Source of the DNA: Andalucia godoyi And28
Taxonomy: Eukaryota > Protista > Jakobida
NCBI GenBank assembly: GCA_009859145.1
Contig: VRVR01000006.1
Span: 338,596-402,595, forward strand
Direction: 5' to 3'
DNA length: 64,000 nucleotides
A program made the position numbers and the translations under genes. Under the pieces are notes generated by a model. That model had not been told where the DNA came from. It saw only the letters and a list, made by a program, of their open reading frames with translations, and did no database searches. How positions within the stretch are numbered: position 1 is the stretch's first letter; each line of letters begins with the position of its first letter. Shown piece by piece: positions 42,252 through 52,430 of this stretch.

Positions 42252-43955
42252 TCAGGAATATGGAGTCGAACGCTGCTGACGCACAAGGGGCAGTGCGCTC
42301 GGAGGAGGGGAATACAAGACCGAGAGCGGGTTTAGAGTCGGTGGTATATCAACCAGAGGGATATTCTCTGACAACATCGCTCTTGACTGCTTGACTCTCA
42401 GTCTGCGTTTTCGAATGTAGAAAAACGTCGCCACTCCGCCGATGCAAGAAACTGCTGCCACTGCACCGACTGTTGAGCCTGCGATGATGGCAGTGTCATC
42501 CGAGGACGAAGACGAGTCGCCTGAGTTTGGTCCGACATTCGGTGCGAATGAAATCCTTCTGACGAGCACCAGTGAAAATGTGCCAGCATACGGAAATGGA
42601 ATGAAGATGGAATAGAGACATCCATCGACATTGTGCAGATATGTCTCGACGCTCATCAGAACATTCTGAACGCTGATCCCTGAGCCGTTCGTGAAGATCC
42701 ACTGAAGAGTGTGGTTTGCTGGCAACGACGCAATTGAGCAGTAGTTGCCGACTTTGGTTACGTAGGAGGCTCCCAGACTGGCTGAGACCAGCGATGCCGC
42801 TGAGAAGCTGACTCGATACGAAATTGGCAAACGGTCGGGAACACGAACTACAGGATCAGGAAACGAAAAGTTCAGGTAGATTGACCGACTGGCGAGAACT
42901 CGCAGAGACGGATCGCTAACATTGAAAGATGCATTTGCCACAGTAGAATTGAACTCTTGCGAAATTCTGGAAACAACTCGCATGGATTCATCCATCGGTT
43001 TGCCATCGTTCTTTGCAGTTGCAAAAGAGGGAGGGAAGACCACAGAATCGTTTGCTGCCCCGTAGAAGGCCAGCATGGATGCGTTTCCAGATTGAACAAA
43101 GTCGCTAAATTCGCCATCCGTAACATTGATGTACTGTGGAGCAATCACAGGAAGCAGAGTCGAGCAGTAATTCGACGTTCCATGAATGGGAACCCTTGTG
43201 TGGCACAGAGCAAAGTATGCAGTGTTGCGTCTATTAAGAAAGATTCCCCCAGTCGTTCCGTTTGCACTCAATCGATCCGCTGGCTGCGTCGATTTGGACG
43301 AGGACAAGTAAGCGGTGGCGTCGTAGAGTTCTGATTGACTGGCATTGAATCCTCTTAGGATTACGAACTCGCCCCCAAATACCCTCGCAGCTGTCCCGTT
43401 CAAGAACCACTGTACTGGGTCCAAGCTGCATTTTCCTGCTTCGATATCCTCATCCGCACACATGACGACGCGTGGAATGATCGTGGAAAGCCCTCGAACC
43501 TCCAAAGAGTAGATTTCCGGCGGAAATGAGAAGGAGGTGCTGCAAGGATTGGGGCCATGCACGTTTCCAGAAGTAAACGTGAACCAGAACCGAATCAAGT
43601 ACGAAGCGTAGGTTCGGGAGTCAGCAGGTTTCACATCATCAAACCGAATGACCACGTCTTCTCCCGTCGCATTAAATTGAAATGACGTTGAAATGCTGCT
43701 GAACGACGAGATTGCGCTGTTGTTGTTGAAGCACTGCAAAACGCTGAAGATCCCATCCCCAATGAACATCTGGACTCTGACACTGCTCAGCGTAGCCTTT
43801 GTTTCGGATGACAATGCAAAGACTTGTGTGATGTTCGGAAACCTAACAGTGAATGCATCTGCCCAGAGAAACACGGGGGGCTCAGCATACAGACCAGGTA
43901 TGGGAATCCCATGCACACCGACACAAAATAGCAAAACCACCAAAACGAACTTCAT
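42252..43955 (-). CDS. Type I single-pass membrane protein of unknown function
   Basis: Signal peptide MKFVLVVLLFCVGVHG, beta-rich ectodomain with many N-x-S/T sites, TM helix IIAGSTVGAVAAVSCIGGVATFFYI, basic stop-transfer RKRR. Confidence 0.8.
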   Translation of the reverse strand: MKFVLVVLLFCVGVHGIPIPGLYAEPPVFLWADAFTVRFPNITQVFALSSETKATLSSVRVQMFIGDGIFSVLQCFNNNSAISSFSSISTSFQFNATGEDVVIRFDDVKPADSRTYASYLIRFWFTFTSGNVHGPNPCSTSFSFPPEIYSLEVRGLSTIIPRVVMCADEDIEAGKCSLDPVQWFLNGTAARVFGGEFVILRGFNASQSELYDATAYLSSSKSTQPADRLSANGTTGGIFLNRRNTAYFALCHTRVPIHGTSNYCSTLLPVIAPQYINVTDGEFSDFVQSGNASMLAFYGAANDSVVFPPSFATAKNDGKPMDESMRVVSRISQEFNSTVANASFNVSDPSLRVLASRSIYLNFSFPDPVVRVPDRLPISYRVSFSAASLVSASLGASYVTKVGNYCSIASLPANHTLQWIFTNGSGISVQNVLMSVETYLHNVDGCLYSIFIPFPYAGTFSLVLVRRISFAPNVGPNSGDSSSSSDDTAIIAGSTVGAVAAVSCIGGVATFFYIRKRRLRVKQSRAMLSENIPLVDIPPTLNPLSVLYSPPPSALPLVRQQRSTPYS

Positions 43956-44852
43956 CCTTTGAAAAAGGAGGGGGATAAATTAAAAAAAAAACCAACAGCA
44001 ATACCTCCCCGAGTACAGATCTTCAGAAAAAGACAGTGTGTGTTTAAAATTCGCAAAAGTTGCAGAGCTTTGACTCTTTTCGGTGATTCCCGTGGTGTCC
44101 ATGAAAAGAGAAAGAGAGAAAGAGAGAAAGAGTGAGAGAAAGAGCGTATGCATGCATGCGTGTGTATGTGTGTGTGTGTATATGTGTGTGTGTATATGTG
44201 TGTGTGGGCGGGTGTGTTGAGTGAGCGAAAGGGGTGTTCGTGTGCTGGGGCACACAGACAACGGAGATTCGCGGTAGGAACTGCTTGCCTTGATTTCACA
44301 GCACTCGTTCGTCTGCTTGTCTGCCCAAGCATCCGGCCTGAAAGGATGGACTCGTTCTCATGCTTCATTTTGTCAGCGGCTACGAAGACCTCAGGCAGCC
44401 GTAGCCTTTTATGGGGATCGGAGCACCCACATCTGCTCCACACCCGGATTCACCGCCCGAGCGAAAAACATTGCGGCGCAGGCACCCCCGTACCAGCTAG
44501 GGATAGGGAAGAATTATTGTTTTTTTACAGTACAAATGTCGGCAGCAAACGAGTGCATCATGGTATCGGGTCCAGAGAGAGCACTACCCCGTATTAACGT
44601 CCATACAGAAAAGGTGGACAGGTGCGCGGGGCGTGTGGCAACGACATCACTCAGAGGAGATGAGGCTAGCGGCTCACAGGCTGGTTCGGAAACGAAACGA
44701 CAGCTTCTGCTCTTCTCTGTTCTTGCAACGAGGCAAGAAACCCACGTACACAGAGCTGGGGCGCGCCAACAAGCGGTGAAGTTGCAGATGACTTCTCTTT
44801 TGAGGTTTCCCACTTTTCATCCCCCTTGTTATGCTCGTGCGCATCAATCAGG

Positions 44853-44945
44853 CGCCTACATTATCCACTGAACATGCTGCATATCTACGAATAGACATGC
44901 ATATTCAGTCTTGCATCCCGTTGCCGGAAACGGGACAGGCCCCAA
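44853..44945 (-). ncRNA. Candidate Fanzor2 omegaRNA scaffold (best-folding copy)
   Basis: Hairpins gggg-cctg-tccc and gcatgtcta-TTCG-tagatatgc (44879-44900) downstream of RuvC-III, where TnpB/Fanzor omegaRNAs map. No expression evidence. Confidence 0.5.
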
Positions 44946-45380
44946 CACGTCTCACGGCGTTCTTCAGATAAATGTTCCGCGCTCCGTTCCCAATCTCGAT
45001 CAATCGGTGAGCCACTTTCTCAGCGTGACGCGTTGTTCCTGAGAAGGGTGCATTTTGATTCTGACGGCCCTAGCAGCAGGCGTAGTGACACGCGGTCTCT
45101 TAGGAGGTCTGCGGGACCTAGGAGGCCCTGTATCGAGCGGCGCAGGCACAGGCGAATGCGTCATCGCAGCGCACCCATGCCCACATTTGAATAAAAACGT
45201 GAAACCAACGAATGACAGAATAGATGGCTACGGATGTTGCGTTAAAGAGCGTCGAAAAAGCGGAGCCTGTGCCACCGGCTGAATTTTGGCCGAGCGCGCG
45301 TAAGCACGAATGCCTGTGAAACAAAAACGTGCTTGTGTCGGCCAGTATTTGACCGTCTCTGTTTATGGATACTTCCGTAT
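44853..45380 (-). mobile_element. Internally deleted Fanzor2 relic F2-d (N-terminus fused to C-terminus plus right end)
   Basis: RAVRIKMHPSQEQRVTLRKWL (TnpB N-terminal RlyPt.eQ motif, about 45070-45008) abuts IDRDW(g)NGARNIYLKN (from about 45004); terminus tggataatgtaggcg. Confidence 0.85.
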
Positions 45381-45558
45381 GCATGACAATGATGTGTTAT
45401 TATTCAACGGCGCGTGAGGAGAGCGACGGGGGAAAAAGCTTCCTTTCAAGCTCTTGGTTCCACCCGCCCGCCTGACGATTGCCAGTGCTTTTTTCATGTT
45501 CCCCCCCGACAAATTTTCTTTTTCTTTTTCGCTGCCGTTCGTTTAACCTGTGTATCGA

Positions 45559-46493
45559 ATGGAGAGTTTTGACGCGCTCATCATTGGAGGATCCGTTGGC
45601 GGCCTCTGTGCAGCCCTGCCGCTAGCCCGAGCATGCAAGCGAGTACTGCTCGTCGATTTTTGCGAGCCATGCAACAGATTTTCGGAGGAATCGCATACAT
45701 TCGGCTCGCACGATGGATCCCCGCCGTCCAGTGTCCGTGCCACCATACTGCGTGACGTCGTATCCTATTCAAATGTCACTGTTGCAGAGAATGACAAGGT
45801 TCTCTCTGTCAAAAGAACAGGCTCTGATGGAACATCGCCGCATTTTGCGTTTGAAACGCAGTCTGGACGACTCTTGGCGTCATTTTCGCAACCGGAGTCA
45901 TCGACTTGCTTCCGTTGGACGTCCCAGGAATCAAGGAAAACGCCGGCCTGTGGGGCAAGCTCATTCTGCAGTGCCCGTTCTGCCACGGCTACGAGCTGAG
46001 AGACCAACACTGGGGTGTGCTATATGACTGTCCGCATTCCATCTTTGCCGCCAAGCTTTGTCGATCTTGGACTGCCAACATTTCGTTCTTCGCCAATGGT
46101 ATGCAGGTTTCCAATGAAGACCGTGCAGTACTTACGGCGATGGGTGTAAGGATCGTGGACTCCAAAGTAGCGTCCATGTCCTCGGCCGCTGCGCATTCCT
46201 TAACTGTCCACACAGAAGATTCTGCAGCTTTCGACCTTGCGGCGCTTTTTATCAAACCGAAGAACGTTGTTGCTTCTGCGGATCTTGCAACGGGATTGGG
46301 GGTGGAGCTTACGCCCACGGGGCTCCTCGCCGTAACATTTCCGTTTAACGAGACCAATGTCAAGGGGGTTTATGCTGCTGGAGACTGTGCAAACCCGGTC
46401 CGACAACTGGCTGTGGCTTCAGGAGATGGAAACCGTGCAGGAGCTGGCCTGGTGATGCACCTGACACTTGAACGCCAGTCTGTCCGCGCGTAA
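45559..46493 (+). pseudogene. Thioredoxin-reductase-like (TrxB/GliT-type) FAD oxidoreductase split by a frameshift near 45870
   Basis: Frame 1: DALIIGGSVGGL...NRF..SH...DG..P to QSGR. Frame 2: VIFATGVIDLLP...WGK..QCPFCHGYE...TNVKGVYAAGD. Confidence 0.75.
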
Positions 46494-46646
46494 TCGCAAC
46501 AAGAATTGCCGAGTAGAAATACACCATTCACTCACTCACCCACTCTTTTATCGCAACAACGACAGGAACAACAACAAAGACTAATGGAATTTAAAAAGAA
46601 ACAAACACCGTGCAATCGAAAAGTACAACCCAAACATAATTCAAGA

Positions 46647-46683
<37 letters not shown>

Positions 46684-46725
46684 CAACCCCTCAAAAAATA
46701 AAATAATGGAAAAAGAAATGGTCCA

Positions 46726-47283
46726 CTAATTGAAGCCAAACACACGATAGCCCACAAAATCCGAATAGTTGTAAGCAGCTCTGTCGAAACCAGGGTCATT
46801 GACGTAGAACAGATCTTGGTTCGTCGAGTCCCAACCCGTTCCCAATACGAAATGGTGTCCCTGGTCGACATTGAAAATGAGAGCAACCTTATCGTTCGCG
46901 ATCATCTTTTGGATGTCCTGACGGCTCAGTGCATCGCCCGAGTGGATCGGCCCAACATACTGAATACTCGGATTCAGCTTTCCGACAACGGTTTCTTCAA
47001 AATCATTGCTGGAGTCATACCCGCCATTGGCTTTCAACCAAGCATTGAACGTCCCCGGGTTAGAGGTCTGCCCATCGATGGTGATTTGGTGATATCCAAT
47101 CGCCATCGACGTTGACGACATTAAACATCCAACCTTGCAAACGGTCGTTGTCACCATAATGTCGTTTCCCCACCGCGGATCGCACTGCTTGTAGAGAGGA
47201 TACGTGTGCGGAATGATCGGCGTCGCGAGTGCCACGGCAACACAAATGCCTGCAAGGGCAGCAACCAAGACACAACGGCGCAT
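46726..47283 (-). CDS. Secreted peptidase C39-like protein
   Basis: Signal peptide; YKQCDPRWG...VGCLMSSTSM (catalytic Cys), HHFVL (His) and VNDPG (Asp). ATG at 47283. Confidence 0.75.
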   Translation of the reverse strand: MRRCVLVAALAGICVAVALATPIIPHTYPLYKQCDPRWGNDIMVTTTVCKVGCLMSSTSMAIGYHQITIDGQTSNPGTFNAWLKANGGYDSSNDFEETVVGKLNPSIQYVGPIHSGDALSRQDIQKMIANDKVALIFNVDQGHHFVLGTGWDSTNQDLFYVNDPGFDRAAYNYSDFVGYRVFGFN

Positions 47284-47429
47284 TTTCGTAACACAGAGGA
47301 GAAGAATAGCCAACCAAATAATAACGATATGAAAAAAATAAATGATAATAAATAAATAAATAAATAAAATTAATTAATTAAAAAATATTTAGTGAACAAA
47401 CTTGGGAAAGCACAGTCAATCAACAGCAA

Positions 47430-47645
47430 AACATTTCCGCCCGCCTTGCGGAGCTACATCAGGCAGACGAAAGACATCCGTTTCGAAAACGTTGGTCTGC
47501 ATCTGGTCTACCGACTACTGGGTGCAGCGCAGCGGCTTGCGAGGATACACACAGCCTTGCAAGAGCAGATATTATTTACGATTATGCTACATCTCATTGA
47601 GGCATGAGCGATCATGGGGTGTGTGGAAGAGAGGGACTCTGGGAT
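47430..47645 (+). mobile_element. Decayed Fanzor1-like internal fragment F1-d
   Basis: LRSYIRQT matches LKSYIRQT at 52081 through synonymous codon changes; then LVCIWS, LRGYTQPC and HERS in a shifted frame. Confidence 0.5.
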
Positions 47646-47649
47646 TACA

Positions 47650-50337
47650 TTAGAATTCATCCACAGGGATCAGATCTCCATTTTCCGCAACAAGCTGGTC
47701 GGGAACAACAACAACCGAGGTCGAGCTTTCCGTGCTGGACGAACTCGAACTCGACGTCTGTTCGATTCCACGAAGTTCAAGGAGCAGGATATCGTCGTGA
47801 CACAGGCCTTTGTGTCGGCCAATATGCTCTGGAAGCAGGACACTTCCGCACAGCCAGCACCAGTTTGCCCCGCAAGTGCAAGCCATGTGCTGACACCCGT
47901 CGCTCCTGGTGGTTGCAATCCGGCACTCCGGACACGTTCTCGTCCTGCCGCTTTCCATAATGCGGAAGAATCGTTTCCCATCACAGTCCTCGCCGTGGTG
48001 GGCAAATCGCCGACAATTTGCACAATGCAGGGCGTTGCAGTCCCGGCATTGCACGTCAAACGAAGTCTGCACAGCACTGTACAATGACGGGACATAGTGC
48101 GAAAGAAGCCTGCCGCAGTCCGGCGTATTGCACGGAAAGCTGTTTGGCGGACGAGACAAGCGGCCAGCGAGTACTCTGACCGCATCATTCTGAAATAAAG
48201 TGATCCAAAAAAACGGCGAAGGAAATTTGCAGCAAATTGAACACGCAAGAGATGGCGCAAAGGAACCAAGCGACGCAATCAGGTGTTCCAACTGCGCATG
48301 GATGCAGCAGAAGCAGCCGAGGTGCCCGCAAGGAAGTTCCACTGCTCGATACACAGTGTCTGAACAGATGGAAAGGCACATGCTGAGCAGTCCCTTGTCT
48401 AGCGTCGCGATTGAATACGGCGGCGGGCTGTCTTCTCCACCCGACAGCCCCTCTTCCGACAGAGATTGCATTTCCTGAACAGAAATCACCGAACGAATGG
48501 CCTTGCGCATGCAGGCAATCCAAGCCAGCGTGCGGTATCCTTGAGCCACAGGATGTCCCAAAGTGGGGTACATGACCGCAAACGCATGCGGACGGCCAGG
48601 AACATCCGTAATGACAATCAATTTCTCGTCGATTGAAGGATGGATCGTGTACAATTCGACGATCTTTTGCTGGAGGTCGCGGCGTTTATCCTCGGAGAGT
48701 GCCGCGAATCGTAAATGACGATAGTGAGTGTTTCCCAAAAACCAGTCATCGCCCACCGAGCGCATGTCAAATGCTCGACCACAGAGCGATGCAGCAACAA
48801 ACGTACACGCATGCTCGAACGAATCCCAGGTGATGGATTCAATCAAAATAGAGCCGGCATCCGCGCCACGAAGGTAACGGACAGACAGGAACTCCGCAGC
48901 ATCGTTCAACAAACACTTAATCATCCTGTTGATGAAATCACATCTGATCGCGGCTGGTATATGCTTCCCGACGGGTAGTGTTTTCGAAAATATAGGAATC
49001 ACACGAAGGGCAACAGTGTCGGACTGCAATGCGCGAAGACCGGATAGATCTTTCTTGGAAACTCTGCAACCTGCGCTCCACCGGACCCACATTTCGTGGG
49101 ACCTTTCAAACCGCACGGAGTCGTTGCGTTTTCGGGAGCATTCAAAGCGAAGATCGTGAAATATCCCCCGAAATTTGCTGCAGATGGCGGTAGCCAACGG
49201 ACTCGCGGGCTTGAGCAGGGACGGCGTCAAAATGCGAGGACAGTGCAATTGAAATCGAGAAGCCGGCGACACCTCCTCTTCGGTGTCCTCGCTCTGACTT
49301 GCCTTTCCAAGTTCTCGGTAGACATACTGCCCCAAGAGACGACGTGGGACTGCTTTCGCATCTCCAAACGGATCGTGCGCTTTAATCGACAATGGCAGCA
49401 TAGAAGATACAGCTCCTCTGGCCAGTTTCAAATCCGCCTTCGTAGCTAACAGAACCGCCGCTACAGACCCTGACTCGTCAGCGTCGTCGATGAACAAGTC
49501 AAATCGACGGGGGTGAACTACACCTGTTTTATCAGGGGAGGACACGTGCCGCGGAAACGCAAACACCACACATCCACTGACATCCGCATCCGCCACCGCC
49601 ACATGAGAGTAGAATTCATCCCAGTCGGCCCAAACGGGGTCCTCATACGGCGGCTCGTTGTTCACAGCAGTTTCAGTTTCCGATTGCAGCAAACGATTCA
49701 GTTCAATCTCGAACCCAGACTCGAACCCAGGCCCGGGTCCAGCAGCCGCCAACAGCCTATCTCTCATGCTCGGAACTGCTGCAGGACTCGGCGAATACGA
49801 GATGAAGCTCCATCCACTCGACCAATTGAAGTGCAAAGAGTAACATCGAGACTTTGCAGGCACTTCATTTACTGCTCTTCGAACCGAAGCATCATTCAAT
49901 GGCAGCGTTTCCGAGGTAATCTGGAATTCGTCAAACGCAAAATCAGATTCCGCCAGCCTGTTGCACACGACCCTGAGGTTCCTATCCATGTATGCCGTCT
50001 GGCCAACAGAGGGGCAGTTTTCCAGTTTTGCGATTCCCTGGAAGAACTTGTGAAATGCAGCATTTGCAAGCTGCAGAAGCGACAGAACCAGTGGAACCTC
50101 CTCGCGGCGCTCCACGAAAATATGTACATTTTCAGCGGCAACAAGTTCGCACATCGCGTGTTCAGAAACGTGTGTATCTGCAAGATTCACAGACGGAACC
50201 AGGTCGTATGGACAGTGCGTGAAGTAGTGATGCACTTTGAGACACGCCTTTTTGGTTCTCTGGCGAATGAGAACGTTCGCCAGATTCAGTGCTCCCCAAG
50301 CATGCGAAGCACTCTGAAACTCGCTCAACAGCAACAT
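47650..50337 (-). CDS. RBR-type (RING-IBR-RING) E3 ubiquitin ligase with a long uncharacterised N-terminus
   Basis: CSIC...LPCGHLGC.CC (RING1), CNTPDC...C.DC...HC..C...H (IBR), CPEC...TRSDGCQHMACTCGANWCWLC (RING2). Confidence 0.85.
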   Translation of the reverse strand: MLLLSEFQSASHAWGALNLANVLIRQRTKKACLKVHHYFTHCPYDLVPSVNLADTHVSEHAMCELVAAENVHIFVERREEVPLVLSLLQLANAAFHKFFQGIAKLENCPSVGQTAYMDRNLRVVCNRLAESDFAFDEFQITSETLPLNDASVRRAVNEVPAKSRCYSLHFNWSSGWSFISYSPSPAAVPSMRDRLLAAAGPGPGFESGFEIELNRLLQSETETAVNNEPPYEDPVWADWDEFYSHVAVADADVSGCVVFAFPRHVSSPDKTGVVHPRRFDLFIDDADESGSVAAVLLATKADLKLARGAVSSMLPLSIKAHDPFGDAKAVPRRLLGQYVYRELGKASQSEDTEEEVSPASRFQLHCPRILTPSLLKPASPLATAICSKFRGIFHDLRFECSRKRNDSVRFERSHEMWVRWSAGCRVSKKDLSGLRALQSDTVALRVIPIFSKTLPVGKHIPAAIRCDFINRMIKCLLNDAAEFLSVRYLRGADAGSILIESITWDSFEHACTFVAASLCGRAFDMRSVGDDWFLGNTHYRHLRFAALSEDKRRDLQQKIVELYTIHPSIDEKLIVITDVPGRPHAFAVMYPTLGHPVAQGYRTLAWIACMRKAIRSVISVQEMQSLSEEGLSGGEDSPPPYSIATLDKGLLSMCLSICSDTVYRAVELPCGHLGCFCCIHAQLEHLIASLGSFAPSLACSICCKFPSPFFWITLFQNDAVRVLAGRLSRPPNSFPCNTPDCGRLLSHYVPSLYSAVQTSFDVQCRDCNALHCANCRRFAHHGEDCDGKRFFRIMESGRTRTCPECRIATTRSDGCQHMACTCGANWCWLCGSVLLPEHIGRHKGLCHDDILLLELRGIEQTSSSSSSSTESSTSVVVVPDQLVAENGDLIPVDEF

Positions 50338-50345
50338 TAGCCGTG

Positions 50346-50348
<3 letters not shown>

Positions 50349-50435
<87 letters not shown>
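50349..50435. repeat. (CT)n microsatellite of about 43 units
   Basis: Read directly from the sequence. Confidence 0.95.
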
Positions 50436-50436
<1 letters not shown>

Positions 50437-50684
50437 ATACATGAAACTCGACCAGAGCCTACTTTTAATAAATTGACTTGCTCTCTTCTGTCTGCCTTTC
50501 CTTTAGCGCCCGGAATTGCATTGCGAGTTCCAATAATTTCAAAAGATCCATACGCGCATTCCCCGTTTTGTATCGGAAATTTCATGAATATATCTCCGCT
50601 TGAGTATTAAAAACTGCCGAGTGGCTTTTTTAGATACGAGCCCACCTACGTGCGTTTCCTTCCATGGAACTGAGCAACAAAGAA

Positions 50685-50880
50685 CGCCTGCATTGCACAC
50701 CGAGTATGCATGATCATCGTTAGTCATGCCATAATCAAGTGTTGCAACCTCCGGGCCATATCGCCATGGACGGGGGAGGGAGGGTAGACCCCCAGCATGC
50801 CTTGCCGCCGTTCTTAAAATAAATGTTGTTGCGTGGCGTGGTAGGGGATTCACGTGCACTGGCATCGCGTGCACAAAGAA
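50685..50880 (-). mobile_element. IS607/Fanzor2 relic F2-e (zinc-finger remnant plus right end)
   Basis: LCTRCQC (50873-50856), RNNIYFKN, ggggg-tcta-ccctc hairpin, ggttgcaacacttgattatgg, terminus gtgtgcaatgcaggcg. May extend to about 51100. Confidence 0.7.
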
Positions 50881-51353
50881 GAAGAAAAACAAAGGAGGTA
50901 AATCAGCGTCTGAACAATTTGGTTAAACGAGCAAATCTGGATTCTCATTTTTCGTCTGCCTGTTGTTCACGCACGTGTTTATGCATGTTGCTTGTTGTCG
51001 TCTTTGAGAGAAACGGTGCAAATCAGTGTTGTGCAGCCAGTCAGTGTTTGTGTTCCTTTCCCCTGTGTACCTTGGATGAACATCGGAGTGGGTGAGTACA
51101 GAAGCCCAAACCGCGGACTCGGACATCTTTCAAGATTGTTATGTTCCCGCGGTCTGTGCGCGTCATAGTTGCATCGGATCTTCCTGCTGAAAGATGATCC
51201 AACCACGAAACACAGCAACGACTGTTGCCGACAAACCAGTGCTCGCGCCCGCCCCCTCCACTGTATCGCAGATGCATGCTGTTCTGTATTTCTTCAGTTT
51301 ATTTCTTTGATGTTGCTGCTGTGAATGCACCAAAATAGGATAAGAAACACGTG

Positions 51354-51815
51354 CTAGGCATCCGACTTGCCGTCAAGCACTTGGTCCGTGAGCTGGTCGG
51401 CGTATGCAACCGCCTTGAGGACGGCTCTTCTGGAAGACTCCTGCAGCTCACCAGCAAGCACGATTTCATCCAGCATGTAGTATGCCTTGTGGAAATTGAA
51501 TATAAGATCCAACTCGCAAACATTCCCAAAATACCGATCCAGAACTTCCACATACTGATGCAGAATCTCAAGTGCCAAAAGCTCGTTGTCATCCGGGTCA
51601 ATTCCAACGCAAAAGTACAGCGACGCATATCTCTTGTACACAAGCTTCACATCCGTCCGATATTCAATCATGTTGCACATTTTGGATGTCCTCGATAGAA
51701 TCAGCGAGCACACATCTCGCAGTATCCGCGGACGCTCAGACGGAACTACCGGAACATACCATTTCGACAAGCGAACCTTGCCTTGCCTCGATACTAGGAC
51801 AAGAAATTGAATCAT
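51354..51815 (-). CDS. AP1S1: AP-1 complex sigma subunit
   Basis: MIQFLVLVSRQGKVRLSKWY, VYKRYASLYF, NELLALE, VCELDLIFNFHKAYY. Confidence 0.93.
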   Translation of the reverse strand: MIQFLVLVSRQGKVRLSKWYVPVVPSERPRILRDVCSLILSRTSKMCNMIEYRTDVKLVYKRYASLYFCVGIDPDDNELLALEILHQYVEVLDRYFGNVCELDLIFNFHKAYYMLDEIVLAGELQESSRRAVLKAVAYADQLTDQVLDGKSDA

Positions 51816-52026
51816 TGTTTTATGTTTTTTGTGTTCTTGCCAAAGCCTTTGCACCCCACCGCCGTGACAATTCGACGACGACCACCGTTGCTACTGATGC
51901 TGTTTCTGATGTTTTGCTGTTTTTGTCTGTGGACTGAGCGTTAGGCCTCTGGCTCCTTTGATATCGTCGAATGGGGTAACTCTCAAAAATGAAAGGGAAA
52001 AAATAAGAAAAAAAGTCCAGAACACG

Positions 52027-52430
52027 ATTCTACACTTCCAGAAGAACTCAAAGTCAGCTTTTCCTTTTACGAGATTCTCTTTGAAGTCCTACATACGACA
52101 GACGGAGCAAGACAGCACGCTACGACCTTCTGTCGGAATTTCTTTCATTCTTTACCTTTTTGTCTTTCTGTTTAATTGTTTTAATCATCGAACCCTCAAG
52201 CAGCACCTTTCATCAGAGACAAAATATCTCACGGCTTCAAAGAGAGATCTTCCCAACAAACGCAAACCGGCCATGCCCGACCCTCTCGTCGAAGGCCGAG
52301 AGCAAGAAGAAGCGACGACCCTCTGATGCAGAGCAATCTGCATTGAAGAGTTGGTGCTCGCCCCAAATTGAATCTGTCTTCGTGGACAGCTTAGCCGATG
52401 ACCAATAATGGTTCATGTTTTGGTGAGCGG
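52027..52430 (+). mobile_element. Fanzor1-like relic F1-e (bridge-helix remnant, C-terminus and structured right end)
   Basis: LHFQKNSKSAFPFTRFSLKSYIRQTEQDSTL, then TFHQR-QNISRLQREIFPTNANRPCP; shares the structured block with 9.5 and 30.4 kb. Confidence 0.7.
52202..52430 (+). ncRNA. Candidate Fanzor1 omegaRNA scaffold (three-way junction)
   Basis: agcacc/ggtgct, ttca/tgaa and tcagag/ctctga helices enclose tgcaga-GCAA-tctgca; a ctgtc/gacag hairpin follows. No expression evidence. Confidence 0.5.

Noticed and set aside
44300-44800. hAT dimerisation-like WYRVQREHYPVL (+ strand) or RuvC-I-like GVVLSLDP (- strand)
   Set aside because: Each is a single short motif with no supporting collinear motifs or second copy, and the two readings are mutually exclusive.
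47430-47560. Protein kinase subdomain V-VI remnant
   Set aside because: No HRD or DFG motif follows; the neighbouring motifs are shared with the Fanzor1-like relics.
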